Assembly (NCBI GenBank): GCA_041694815.1
Contig: JBGFSC010000021.1
Span: 18,498 to 82,497 of the forward strand
Length of the DNA: 64,000 nucleotides
Reading direction: 5' to 3'
Source: Elusimicrobiota bacterium
GTDB taxonomy: Bacteria > Elusimicrobiota > Elusimicrobia > UBA1565 > JACRDR01
Shown piece after piece: positions 55,569 to 64,000 of this stretch. The first letter of the stretch is position 1. Each line of letters starts with the position of its first letter. The notes beneath the pieces are model-generated. The model was not told the DNA's origin and searched no databases. It saw only the letters and a list, made by a program, of their open reading frames with translations. The translations under genes and the position numbers were made by a program.

Positions 55569-56158
55569 CAAAAGACTCGAAACACCGAAACGGCGGTGCC
55601 GACCAGCACCGCGGCCGCGACCAAGACGGCGATCAACAACGACGAGACATAAGGGAACAGCAGCAGCGTCCATGCCTTCGCCGTCCCGACCCCGTAAACA
55701 TCTTGGAGGCTGCGCGATTTGAGCCTCAGGCTGAGATAGCCTAGGCAGGCGAAGATCAAAAAAGACGGGAAGGCCGATTCCAAGCGAAGGGCCTTGAGAA
55801 TCAGCGCGAGGGGGATCGCCGCCGCCCAGGGCAGCTCGCTCAAGCCCATCAGGACAAAAAGGGCCGAGGCCGCGCCCGGGCGCGGACGGCTTTCCGGAGA
55901 GCTCCAGAAATCGGCGAGCAGATGCAGGATAGCCGTGAGCAGGAAGGCGGAGACCGCGGAGATCGCGCACACGAGCAGGCACCAGATCGCACCCAGAGCC
56001 GGCGGCAATCCTCGTCCCGACAACGACTGCGACAGGAACAGGCTAAAGGAGCCGACCAGTATGGAGGCCCAACCCAGGCTTATGGGGCGGCGCTCCAACG
56101 AGGTTCGGGCCGCCTGCCGGGGGCGGGAGATGAAGTCGGCGAGCAGCTCTAGGCTCAT
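55568..56158 (-). CDS. Yip1-like membrane protein
   Basis: About five hydrophobic segments, P-x-x-A near the N-terminus; coupled to sppA and nnrE. Confidence 0.55.
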   Translation of the reverse strand: MSLELLADFISRPRQAARTSLERRPISLGWASILVGSFSLFLSQSLSGRGLPPALGAIWCLLVCAISAVSAFLLTAILHLLADFWSSPESRPRPGAASALFVLMGLSELPWAAAIPLALILKALRLESAFPSFLIFACLGYLSLRLKSRSLQDVYGVGTAKAWTLLLFPYVSSLLIAVLVAAAVLVGTAVSVFRVF

Positions 56159-56161
56159 GGG

Positions 56162-57184
56162 TCAGAGGGGCGACCAGCGGTATTCCAGGCCCATCGGGAC
56201 GACGGAGCGGATCTCGTTCAAGAGGGCTGCCTGCGGCCGGAGCCAATCAGCGAGCCGGGCGTTGAGTAGCCCCAGCATCTGCTCGAGGGAATCCCCTTCC
56301 CGCAGAACGCGCGGGACGCCCGCGATGCCCCCCAATTTGCCGGCGAGCGCGATGGCGTCTCGGGAGTCACCCAGCTCGTCGACCAAACCCAGGGGCTTGG
56401 CCTGGCGCCCGGTGAAGATCCGTCCGTCGGCGAGGGTCCTGAGCTCCTCCTCCGGGATCCTGCGCCCGGCCAGCACGGCGGCGAAGAACTGCCCGTAGGC
56501 ATCGTCGATTAAGTCCTGCAGCATCTGCCGCTCCTCGGGGGTCATCGGCCTGACGGGCGAGCCGATGTCCTTAAAGCGCCCCGACTTGATCGGCTGCGAC
56601 TTGACCCCGATCTTGGCCAGCAGGCCCTCCACGTTCATCGTGTTGAAGATGACGCCGATCGACCCGAGCAGGCTGCCGGGGTGGGCCACCACCTTATCGC
56701 AGCCGACGGCCAGGTAGTAGCCGCCCGAGGCCGCGACATCGCCCAAGAGGGCCACGACGGGCTTTTTCTTCTCCTCGCGGACCCGGCGTATGGCGGAATG
56801 GAGCTCCTGCACCGCGCCGACGCTGCCCCCGGGGGAATTGATGTCGAGCACGATGGCCTTGACCTCGGCCCGGTCGGCCAAGGCGCGCAGGCGCCGGGCC
56901 CATTCCTCGACGCCCCGTTCCCAGAGCCGCCCCGTCTCCGATTCGAAGATCGGTCCGTGTATCGTCAGCCAGCCCACGGCGTCCTGCTTGGAGGCGGCGA
57001 GTAGCTTGAGGCGGCCCGGGACCTTAGCGGCGGGGGGAGGGCTCTCGCGGAAGATCACCGCCAAGGCGGCGATAACCGAGAGGGCGTAGAGAATGATGAG
57101 CAGGCGCAGGCTCCAGGAGGCGCCCTTCGGCGGTTCGGGAGGCGGCGCGGCGGGACCGGCGGGAAGCATCACGGTATCGTCCAT
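56162..57184 (-). CDS. sppA: Signal peptide peptidase SppA (36K type)
   Basis: INSPGG, AASGGYY, GSIGV, KSGRFKD, DGRIFTG..LVDELG. Confidence 0.94.
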   Translation of the reverse strand: MDDTVMLPAGPAAPPPEPPKGASWSLRLLIILYALSVIAALAVIFRESPPPAAKVPGRLKLLAASKQDAVGWLTIHGPIFESETGRLWERGVEEWARRLRALADRAEVKAIVLDINSPGGSVGAVQELHSAIRRVREEKKKPVVALLGDVAASGGYYLAVGCDKVVAHPGSLLGSIGVIFNTMNVEGLLAKIGVKSQPIKSGRFKDIGSPVRPMTPEERQMLQDLIDDAYGQFFAAVLAGRRIPEEELRTLADGRIFTGRQAKPLGLVDELGDSRDAIALAGKLGGIAGVPRVLREGDSLEQMLGLLNARLADWLRPQAALLNEIRSVVPMGLEYRWSPL

Positions 57185-57223
57185 AGGGCCGCTATGATAC
57201 TAAAAAGGGCGGACGCCGGGATG

Positions 57224-58366
57224 CTATCGCGGGACCTGCGCGATGTCGACGACGCGGTTGCGCCCGCTTTCCTTGGCGTGGTAGAGGGCTTCGTCGGCGC
57301 GGCGAACGAGCTCGGCGACGCTCGCGCCGTCGCGCGGGAAATGGGCGACCCCGATGGAGACGGTCACGTGGATAGTCTCCAAGCCCAGTGGGAAAGCCTC
57401 CTTCTCGATGGCCGCGCGCACCGCCTCGGCCTTGCGCAGCACGCCGGCGGGCTCGGCCCGCGGCATCAGGATGGCGAACTCCTCGCCGCCGTAGCGGGCG
57501 ACGAAATCGGTCTCGTAGATGCTGGCCTTAAGAAGCTCCCCCACCCGCTTGAGCACCTGGTCGCCGAACTGGTGACCGTAACTGTCGTTGAGCCTCTTGA
57601 AATGATCGATGTCGAGTATCATCAGGCAGAAGCTGGTCTTGAAGGTCTTAGCGCGCACCTGCTCGTCTTGCAGGCGCTGGTCCAGGACGCCGCGCCGCGC
57701 GATCCCGGTGAGCCCGTCGATCTGCGAAAGCCGCTCCACCTCCTGGAAAAGCTTGAGGCGCCTGAAGGCGAAGGCTGTCTCGCCCGCGAAGGCGACGGCC
57801 TTGCGCAGCGCGTTCTGCGGGTCGGCGGAGGCCGGCACGCGCGCATAGAGATAGCCCATCATCTCCTCGCTCTCGCGTATCGGGACGGCGACGGCACGCT
57901 CGGGCGACTCGATGACATGCGGCGCGGTCGCCGGCAGGCCGCTTTCCTGCAGGTGCCTCTCCAAGGTCTCCCAGCTAGCCCCCATCGAGTTGCCCAGGCG
58001 CCGGTTGACCAATGGGTGCAGCGCGCTGCGCTCATGCAGGTCGGCGACGAACAAGGAGAATTCGTCCAAGCCCAAGAATTGCGAGACGGCCGTTTCGAGC
58101 TTTGGCTTGATGTCCTCCCAGTTGACGGCTTCGGCCAAGCCCTTGACCAGGGCGTAGATGGCCTGCACCTCCTTTTGCTCCGCCTCGATGCGCCCCCCGT
58201 GGGATTTGGCCTCCGCCACCTGCCGGCCCAGGGTCTCGCGCTTGGCCTGCTGGGCCTGCACGGCCTTCTGCAGCTCGCGCTGCTGCGCGCGCGAGCGGCG
58301 CAGGGAGTAAAACGTGTAGGCCGCCGCCAAGAGCGTCCAGGCGAGCGCGAAGGGCCAGGAACTCAT
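57224..58366 (-). CDS. Membrane-anchored diguanylate cyclase (no RxxD I-site)
   Basis: DGLTG, DIDHFK..ND, ARYGGEEF; YETD at the I-site position. Confidence 0.92.
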   Translation of the reverse strand: MSSWPFALAWTLLAAAYTFYSLRRSRAQQRELQKAVQAQQAKRETLGRQVAEAKSHGGRIEAEQKEVQAIYALVKGLAEAVNWEDIKPKLETAVSQFLGLDEFSLFVADLHERSALHPLVNRRLGNSMGASWETLERHLQESGLPATAPHVIESPERAVAVPIRESEEMMGYLYARVPASADPQNALRKAVAFAGETAFAFRRLKLFQEVERLSQIDGLTGIARRGVLDQRLQDEQVRAKTFKTSFCLMILDIDHFKRLNDSYGHQFGDQVLKRVGELLKASIYETDFVARYGGEEFAILMPRAEPAGVLRKAEAVRAAIEKEAFPLGLETIHVTVSIGVAHFPRDGASVAELVRRADEALYHAKESGRNRVVDIAQVPR

Positions 58367-59682
58367 CCGATCACCCGGTTGCGCCCGCCCGCCTTGGCGC
58401 GGTAGAGCCTTTCGTCGGCGGCGCGCAGCAGCTGGCTGGGCGTGGTCGCGTCGTTGGGGAAGCAGGAAACGCCGAAGCTGGCGCTCACGCGAGTCGGCTG
58501 GCTTTGGAAGAGGAAGGGCTCGGAGGCGATGCGGGAACGGATCCGCTCCGCGAGCTCGACGGCCTGCTCGCGGCCAACGCTGGGCAGGATCAAGGCGAAC
58601 TCCTCGCCGCCGTAGCGGGCGGCGAAATCAACGGGGCGGGCGTGCGAGGCGAGTATCGTCGCGACCTTCTGCAGCAGCACGTCCCCGGCCTGGTGCCCGT
58701 AGCTGTCGTTATAGCGCTTGAAGTGGTCGACGTCGCAGAGGATCATCGAGACGGGCGTGTGCCCGCGGCCGGCGCGGAGCACCTCCTCCTCCAGGCGGTT
58801 CTGGAAGGCCTTGTGCGTGTAGAGCTGCGTGAGGGCGTCATGCGTGGCCAGGGTATGGATCGATTCGTAGAAATGGATGTTCTCCAGCGCGAGGGAGGCG
58901 AGCGTCGCGAAGAAATCCACGCTTTTAAGGTCCTCCGGCGCGAAGGTGGAGGCGGCATCGCTTTCGAGCTTGAGGAACCCGAATGGCTGGCGCATCACCG
59001 TCATGGGCGCGACGATCGCGGAGCGAAATCCCAGCCCCGGCCTGGCCCTGAAGCGCTCGTCGGACTGCGCGTCGCGCACGAGCATCGAGCCGTGGCCGGC
59101 CACGGAGGCCTCCACGAGGGGGTCCTGGGGCTGGCCGGGGAGTATCTGGACCCGGGCCGACGGGTATTTGGCCTGGAGTATGCCAATGAGGCGCAGCTGC
59201 ACCTCCCGCGCGTCGAGGGGGCTGCTCAAGCTCTTGGCCGCGTCGGTTAGCTCACGCCGGGCGCGGATCTGCTGGCCCGCGCTGTCTTGGAATTGGCTGT
59301 AGAAGCGCAGATCGCGCTCGAGGTCGCGGATCTCTAGGGCGCATTCCTGAATAAGCCCGTGGACGCGCCGCCTTTCCTTCTCCAAACGGCCGCGCCCCGA
59401 GCTCAATGCCCACCCCACCGCCCAGACCAGCGCCAGCTCGGCGGCCAAGACCCATTTCTCCGGGGGCGCCGCCCGCGAGGCCACCAGGAGTGCCGCGATC
59501 GTGGCCAGGAAAAGGAAGATGCCGTGCGTCTCGGCGTCGGCACGGAAATCGTTCCAGCAGAGGATCAAGGCGAAGGCCGGGAAAAACAGCGCGGCCTGCC
59601 CCGGGAACAGGAAGAGCAGGCCGGCGACCGAAAGGAAGATCGCGTTCGCGCCGAAGAGCGTGGCTTCCTTATGGCTAAGCAA
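58363..59682 (-). CDS. Membrane GAF-GGDEF diguanylate cyclase (RxxD I-site present)
   Basis: N-terminal TMs, GAF (DERF..SAIVAPM), DVDHFKRYND, RPVD-FAARY-GGEEF. Confidence 0.92.
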   Translation of the reverse strand: MLSHKEATLFGANAIFLSVAGLLFLFPGQAALFFPAFALILCWNDFRADAETHGIFLFLATIAALLVASRAAPPEKWVLAAELALVWAVGWALSSGRGRLEKERRRVHGLIQECALEIRDLERDLRFYSQFQDSAGQQIRARRELTDAAKSLSSPLDAREVQLRLIGILQAKYPSARVQILPGQPQDPLVEASVAGHGSMLVRDAQSDERFRARPGLGFRSAIVAPMTVMRQPFGFLKLESDAASTFAPEDLKSVDFFATLASLALENIHFYESIHTLATHDALTQLYTHKAFQNRLEEEVLRAGRGHTPVSMILCDVDHFKRYNDSYGHQAGDVLLQKVATILASHARPVDFAARYGGEEFALILPSVGREQAVELAERIRSRIASEPFLFQSQPTRVSASFGVSCFPNDATTPSQLLRAADERLYRAKAGGRNRVIG

Positions 59683-59698
59683 TTTTAGCTCAGCAAAA

Positions 59699-60054
59699 TG
59701 GTGGAGGTGGCCGGCACCGCCCCGGCGTCCAAAAACCGCGCGCTGACGCCACTACAGGCTTAGTCCGGACTCGGGTTCATCCAGGGAAAACCTCCGGACC
59801 GGTGCTCCCCGGACTAGCTCCGTCTGGTCTCGAGGATTTCCCGACGAAGCGCGCGGGAAACCCCCCAACCTGCTCTTGACGCGGGTACCGCCCAGCAGGT
59901 GTCGGCGGCCCGCGTGGACTTACTGCGTGTTAGGCAGTGGCCCAGGCCAACGGAGAGTTGGCTTTTGTTTTTTGGTCGGATTTTTACCTGGCTCTGACCA
60001 ACCAGGGCCTGCGGCAATCAACGCAACGGTCTCTGTCGATCCTATTTCACCCCC
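59699..60054 (-). ncRNA. ssrA: tmRNA
   Basis: 5' GGGGGTGAAATAGGATCGAC; 3' CACCTCCACCA forming an Ala acceptor stem with G3.U; internal tag frame GCC AAC TCT CCG TTG GCC TGG GCC ACT GCC TAA (59962-59930); 356 nt. Confidence 0.93.
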
Positions 60055-60139
60055 AGCCGCCCTCCGCCAAGCGGAAAGCCGCTGCGGATCGTAAAAAATA
60101 CATATTTTTACTGCACTTCTACGACGATTCCGCCCTTTA

Positions 60140-60168
60140 AGTATACCAGAGAGGACGCTTCGATGCAA
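60140..60168 (-). promoter_or_regulatory. sigma70-type promoter of ssrA
   Basis: TTGCAT-17 bp-TATACT with extended TG. Confidence 0.75.
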
Positions 60169-60233
60169 TGGTTAATTTCAGCGCGGAATTCTCGCGAAGA
60201 TGGTGCCAGCGCGTAAGAACTGCCGTTATTTAG

Positions 60234-60497
60234 CTACCGGTCCGTAATCAGATAGACGCCTTTCTGCTGTCCCGTCCGCAGCCGCAGTCCGGCCGCGCGA
60301 GCCAGCTCAAGGGCCGCCGTCTCCGGAGAAGCGCCCCGAAGGGAGAGCGTCACCTTGCGTTCGGCTAACCGCTCGGGGAGAACGAAGCGGAGCTCGCTCT
60401 GGGCCTGGATAAGCGCCACGACGAACCTGATCGCCTGGTTCTCGACGCTCAAGGTGACCAAGGCCAACAACAGGAACATTTTCCTCATCGAACCCAT
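60234..60497 (-). CDS. Small stand-alone STN/secretin-N0-like domain protein
   Basis: VTLSVENQAIRFVV..IQAQSELRFVL..RKVTLSLRG..AALELARAAGL..VYLI resembles the STN/N0 pattern. Confidence 0.55.
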   Translation of the reverse strand: MGSMRKMFLLLALVTLSVENQAIRFVVALIQAQSELRFVLPERLAERKVTLSLRGASPETAALELARAAGLRLRTGQQKGVYLITDR

Positions 60498-60504
60498 GAT
60501 ACCA

Positions 60505-62718
60505 TTATAACGCCTCGACGGCCTCCAGAAAACCCATGGCCGAAGCCCAGCGTTTGGAAGGCTCCGGGTCCAACGCCCTGCCCAAGACCTCGTCGAAGCC
60601 GCGCGGCAGCCCGCCCACCAGCACGGAGGGCGGCGGGTAGCGCCCCTCCATTTTCGCCTTGCTAAGGCCGGGTCCCTCCCCCTCGAACGGGGGCCTTCCG
60701 GTCAACATCTCGTAAAAGCAGGCCGCCAAGGCGTAGAGATCGGAAGCCGGCTCGGCGCGTCCCTGCTCCTGCTCCGGCGCCATGTAGCGCGGCGTGCCTG
60801 CGACCTGAGTGGTCGCCGCAGAGCATTTCCAGCGCGCGATGCCGAAATCCATGAGCTTCGCCGTCCCGCATGAGGCCACCATGATGTTGCCGGGCTTGAT
60901 ATCCCGGTGCACCACCTGCCGTCCGTGCGCGTACTCCAATGCCCGGCAGGCATCCCGCAGGACCGACATCGCGGGAACCCAAGCCAGCCGCTCCTTTTCC
61001 GCGAGAATTTCAGCGAGGCTGCGTCCCTCGATGAATTCCAGCACCATATAAATCTCTTCCCCTTCTTCGGCGATCGCATAGATCGCCACGATATTCGGAT
61101 GCTGGAGGCCGGCGACGATGCGCGCCTCCTTGAGAAAGCGCTCCCTCTGGCCCGGATCGTCGCGAATCTCCTCGCGCATCTGCTTGATCGCCACCCGGCG
61201 GCCCAATTGGGTGTCGAGCCCTTCGTATACCACCCCCATGCCCCCGACGCCGATCTTGCGCCCGATGGAGTACGCGCCGGCCCGGCTCGACGGACGGGCC
61301 GCGGCCGAGCGCAAGGCGGCGCGGACGACGCCCGCCGCGATAAGCATGCCTCCCGAAACGGTCGCGGCCAGCACCAGCCACAGGCTCGGCCCGCGGCGAG
61401 CCCCGCCTTCGGCGGGCGGCTGCGGGAACGCCGGGCCGTCGTTGAAGAGGAAGGACAGGTCTGCGGCCGCCGGGGATTGGAAGGCCCGCTCGTAGAGCGG
61501 CCGGTAGCGGACCGGGTCCGAGGACGCCGCCCGCTGCAAGGCGAGCAGGGTGGATTTCCGGTCGTTGCGGCCGTTGGCCGCGAAGGCGACGTTGAACCAG
61601 AGCCGCGGGTCGCCGGCGCTCATTTTCAAGGCCTCGCGAGCGGTGGCCTCGGCGTCCGCGAACCGGCTTAAGCGGTTGAGCGCCAAAGCACGGGTGTTGA
61701 GCACGTCCACGCCGCGGGCCCCCAGGCGGAGGGCGGCGTCCGTATCGTCAAGCGCCTCGACGTGGCGCCCTTGCTTGAGACGCACGGCCGCGCGCAGGAC
61801 GAAGGCCTGCGCGTTGGAGGGATCGAGGGAAATCGCCGCGTCCAGCCGCCTATGGGCCGCGGCGTAATCCTTAAGCCGAATAGCGACGGCGGCCTCGCGC
61901 AAGCGCGGGCCCGGGTCGGTGGAGGAGGCGGGAGGCGCCGAGTCCGCGTCTCCCGCGGGCTCGGCGGGTTGACGAAGCTCGCGCGGAACCGAGGCGTCAT
62001 CCAACGCCGCCCGGCCCTCGTAGAGCTTGACGATGGACAGGGCCGTCGCGTTCTGCGGCTCCAGGCTCAACGCCACGACGGCGTCTTGATAGGCGCCGGA
62101 AAAATCCCCCAGACGATAGCGCGCCCCCGCGCGCAGCGTCAACGCCTCGGCGTCGTCGGGGCCCAGCTGTAGGGCCTTGTTGGCCGCCTCGATGGCCTTC
62201 TGGGGCGATCCGGATTGGAGCTCCGTCTGCGCCCAGTACTTCCAATCGATCGGCGTCTTGGGATTCAGGGAGGAATGGACATGCTCGAGCAATTCCTCGG
62301 GCGCCATGATGACGCGCAGAAGCGGGTCGAACTCCCGCATCAGTCGGCCATGCTGGCTGCCCTCGGCCATCCTCGACATGCCTTGGTGGAAAAGGGCCTC
62401 CGCTGCCTTGGAAACCTCGCGCTTATACTCCGGACGCCCCTTGAGGGCTTCATTGCGGAGGTAGAGGCCGACGGCCTCAACGAGCTCGGTCAAGCCGCGC
62501 CGCGCCTGGCCATCGAGCCCGGGCTCCCTGAGTATGCGCTTATACCGCTCATAGAGCCCCGGAAAACGACCGTCGATGATGCGGTGGAGCTCGCTGTCGC
62601 TCGGCCGCGAGGCGTGCGGGGCCTTGGCCTCCTTGGGACTCGCCGCGTGATGAGCCGAAGGGTGGTCGGAGGCGGCTACGGGCAGACACAACGCGAGGGG
62701 GAGCGCGAGCCTTATCAT
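60505..62718 (-). CDS. Ser/Thr protein kinase with N-terminal signal peptide, TPRs and TM
   Basis: GVGGMGVVY, VAIK, HRDIKPGN, DFG, GTPRYMAPE at the C-terminus; TM LWLVLAATVSGGMLIAAGVV; several TPRs. Confidence 0.92.
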   Translation of the reverse strand: MIRLALPLALCLPVAASDHPSAHHAASPKEAKAPHASRPSDSELHRIIDGRFPGLYERYKRILREPGLDGQARRGLTELVEAVGLYLRNEALKGRPEYKREVSKAAEALFHQGMSRMAEGSQHGRLMREFDPLLRVIMAPEELLEHVHSSLNPKTPIDWKYWAQTELQSGSPQKAIEAANKALQLGPDDAEALTLRAGARYRLGDFSGAYQDAVVALSLEPQNATALSIVKLYEGRAALDDASVPRELRQPAEPAGDADSAPPASSTDPGPRLREAAVAIRLKDYAAAHRRLDAAISLDPSNAQAFVLRAAVRLKQGRHVEALDDTDAALRLGARGVDVLNTRALALNRLSRFADAEATAREALKMSAGDPRLWFNVAFAANGRNDRKSTLLALQRAASSDPVRYRPLYERAFQSPAAADLSFLFNDGPAFPQPPAEGGARRGPSLWLVLAATVSGGMLIAAGVVRAALRSAAARPSSRAGAYSIGRKIGVGGMGVVYEGLDTQLGRRVAIKQMREEIRDDPGQRERFLKEARIVAGLQHPNIVAIYAIAEEGEEIYMVLEFIEGRSLAEILAEKERLAWVPAMSVLRDACRALEYAHGRQVVHRDIKPGNIMVASCGTAKLMDFGIARWKCSAATTQVAGTPRYMAPEQEQGRAEPASDLYALAACFYEMLTGRPPFEGEGPGLSKAKMEGRYPPPSVLVGGLPRGFDEVLGRALDPEPSKRWASAMGFLEAVEAL

Positions 62719-62739
62719 GCGTTTTCCGACGACAAAATA

Positions 62740-62768
62740 AGTGTAAGGCTCCCCCTCCCTCTTGTCAA
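62740..62768 (-). promoter_or_regulatory. sigma70-type promoter of the kinase
   Basis: TTGACA-17 bp-TACACT. Confidence 0.7.
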
Positions 62769-62830
62769 GGAACGCGCAGCCAAGAGACGAGTGAAGAATA
62801 TGCGCGGGTGTGCATCAATTGCCGCGCGAT

Positions 62831-62862
62831 TTATACTATTGTATAATTATACCCTCGTATAA
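62831..62862. promoter_or_regulatory. Tandem palindromic operator, probably for the TetR protein
   Basis: Two abutting TTATAC-N4-GTATAA sites (62831-62846, 62847-62862) overlapping TATAAT (62858-62863). Confidence 0.75.
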
Positions 62863-62871
62863 TTAATTCCT

Positions 62872-63516
62872 ATGCCCAAGCCCGCCGGAGACGCGGTCCG
62901 AAAACTCCTCAGCGCCGGGGCCGCCCTGGCCCGCGAGCGCGGCTGCGGGGCGATCAGCGTGCGCGAGACATGCCGGCGCGCCAACGTCAATCTCGGCCTC
63001 TTCCATTACCACTTCAAAAGCCGCGAGGCTTTCGTGCAGCGCGTGTTGGAGGAAGTGTATCGGGATTTCTTCTCGCGCCTGAGCGTCTCGGCAGAAAGCG
63101 GCGGCTCCCCACCGGAGCGCCTACGCCGGGCGCTGCGTTCGATCGCGCACTTCGCCCGGGAGCGCCGGCGCATGCTGGCGGGCCTTCTGCGCGACGGAAT
63201 GAACGGTGAAAGGAAGGTCGCGGATTTCGTCTCCCAAAACTTCCCCCGGCACCTACCCCTCATGTTCTCGCTTTACGAGGAGGGGGTACGCCGCGGCGAT
63301 TTCCGCAGGCTGCCCACGCCCTTCTTCATGTCCTTTTGCATGGCCGCGATCAACGGGCCGGGCATCCTCCTCACGCTCCTGGAGGAGCACGGGGCCCGGC
63401 GCCCTTTCGGCCGATCCGTGGCGGCGTTGCAGCGGGAACTGCTGTCGGACGAGGCGATCGAGACCCGCCTCGACATGCTCCTGGCCGCCCTTTCGGCTCC
63501 GCAGGGTCGCCCATGA
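62872..63516 (+). CDS. TetR/AcrR-family regulator
   Basis: N-terminal HTH SVRETCRRANVNLGLFHYHFKSRE. Confidence 0.92.
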   Translation: MPKPAGDAVRKLLSAGAALARERGCGAISVRETCRRANVNLGLFHYHFKSREAFVQRVLEEVYRDFFSRLSVSAESGGSPPERLRRALRSIAHFARERRRMLAGLLRDGMNGERKVADFVSQNFPRHLPLMFSLYEEGVRRGDFRRLPTPFFMSFCMAAINGPGILLTLLEEHGARRPFGRSVAALQRELLSDEAIETRLDMLLAALSAPQGRP

Positions 63517-64000
63517 GCGCCTTATGCCTTCTCTTTTTGTCGTTGGCCGCGGCCCCGGTTATCGCCGAGATCTCGATGGAGGAAGCCGTGCGCTTGGCCA
63601 TCGAGCGCTCCGGCGAGGTCCAAGCCGCGGCGGCGCGCCGGGAGGAATTGGCGCTCGAGGAGCCGCTGCTTCTCTCCAATCTCGACCCAAAATTGGGCGC
63701 TTCCTTTTCTTACCGCGACGATCGCGCGCCCCGCGCCGCGCCGACCTTCGAGGGAAACCGCCTGCGCGCCGAGCGCTGGGAAACGGGGCTGTCCCAGATG
63801 ACGCTGCTGGGCACCGAGGCTAGGCTGGGCTGGGTCAACGAGCGCATCGTCAACCCGTCGCTCTTTCGCGTGCTCGACCCGAGCGCCAGCTCGCGCCTCT
63901 CCCTGGACATCAAGCAGAACCTGCTGCGCAATTTCTGGGGCCGCCCGGACCGCGCACGCCGCTCGCGCGCCCGCCGCGCCGTGGACGCGGCCGAGGCCGA
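63513..64000 (+). CDS. TolC-family outer-membrane efflux protein (partial)
   Basis: Not in the ORF track. ATG 63513 (ATGA overlap): MSALCLLFLSLAAAPVIAEISMEEAVRLAIERS..DPKL..LSLDIKQNLLR, open to window end. Confidence 0.8.
   Translation, partial: MSALCLLFLSLAAAPVIAEISMEEAVRLAIERSGEVQAAAARREELALEEPLLLSNLDPKLGASFSYRDDRAPRAAPTFEGNRLRAERWETGLSQMTLLGTEARLGWVNERIVNPSLFRVLDPSASSRLSLDIKQNLLRNFWGRPDRARRSRARRAVDAAEA

Noticed and set aside
19309..55982. Arg/Gly-rich N-terminal extensions on ORF-track entries (e.g. 20130, 24036, 30153, 49091, 50720, 55362, 55982)
   Set aside because: Over-extended starts overlapping upstream genes; stop/start overlaps and family N-termini indicate downstream starts, so these are not fusions.
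57194..59250. Plus-strand 403-aa and 248-aa ORFs
   Set aside because: Antisense shadows of the GGDEF genes.
59640..59730. tmRNA 3' end as an integration site for an island
   Set aside because: No integrase and no duplicated ssrA 3' end seen in the window.

Overview
GC-rich bacterial chromosomal window with a diderm envelope. Gene content suggests Elusimicrobiota, but this is inference only: giant FN3/T9SS-CTD protein, PorV family, FecR proteins, TPR-TM-kinase. Left 17 kb: a minus-strand surface/secretion locus with a PorV-like barrel, a GIGT-repeat fibre protein, a 3522-aa adhesin-like protein with a T9SS-type C-terminal sorting domain, an Ig/CARDB/PrcB protein, a FecR protein and an outer-membrane barrel running off the left edge. 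17-22 kb: two-component cluster with an inserted vapBC and a stand-alone HisKA microprotein. 22-32 kb: glycerate kinase-TPR fusion, glyoxylate reductase, gdhA, HtrA, LysM-FecR and a sensor kinase. 32-37 kb: exported nuclease/OB-fold/PHP operon, and a low-GC HUH (Y1) transposase bounded by perfect 29-bp inverted repeats carrying 9-bp iterons. 37-47 kb: MFS, uvrB-nadC-birA, greA-queG-Omp85 and a low-GC islet. 47-53 kb: Rieske/cyt b/pentahaem cyt c operon coupled to fixCX. 53-64 kb: tilS, ppiase, nnrE, sppA, tandem diguanylate cyclases, tmRNA, a receptor-type Ser/Thr kinase, TetR and a partial TolC. Non-coding signals include a three-copy covarying double-hairpin repeat, a 23-bp-phased operator architecture shared by two loci, and many apparently leaderless promoters. 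No CRISPR array, rRNA or tRNA was seen. All family calls come from motif recognition by eye, with no database searches.
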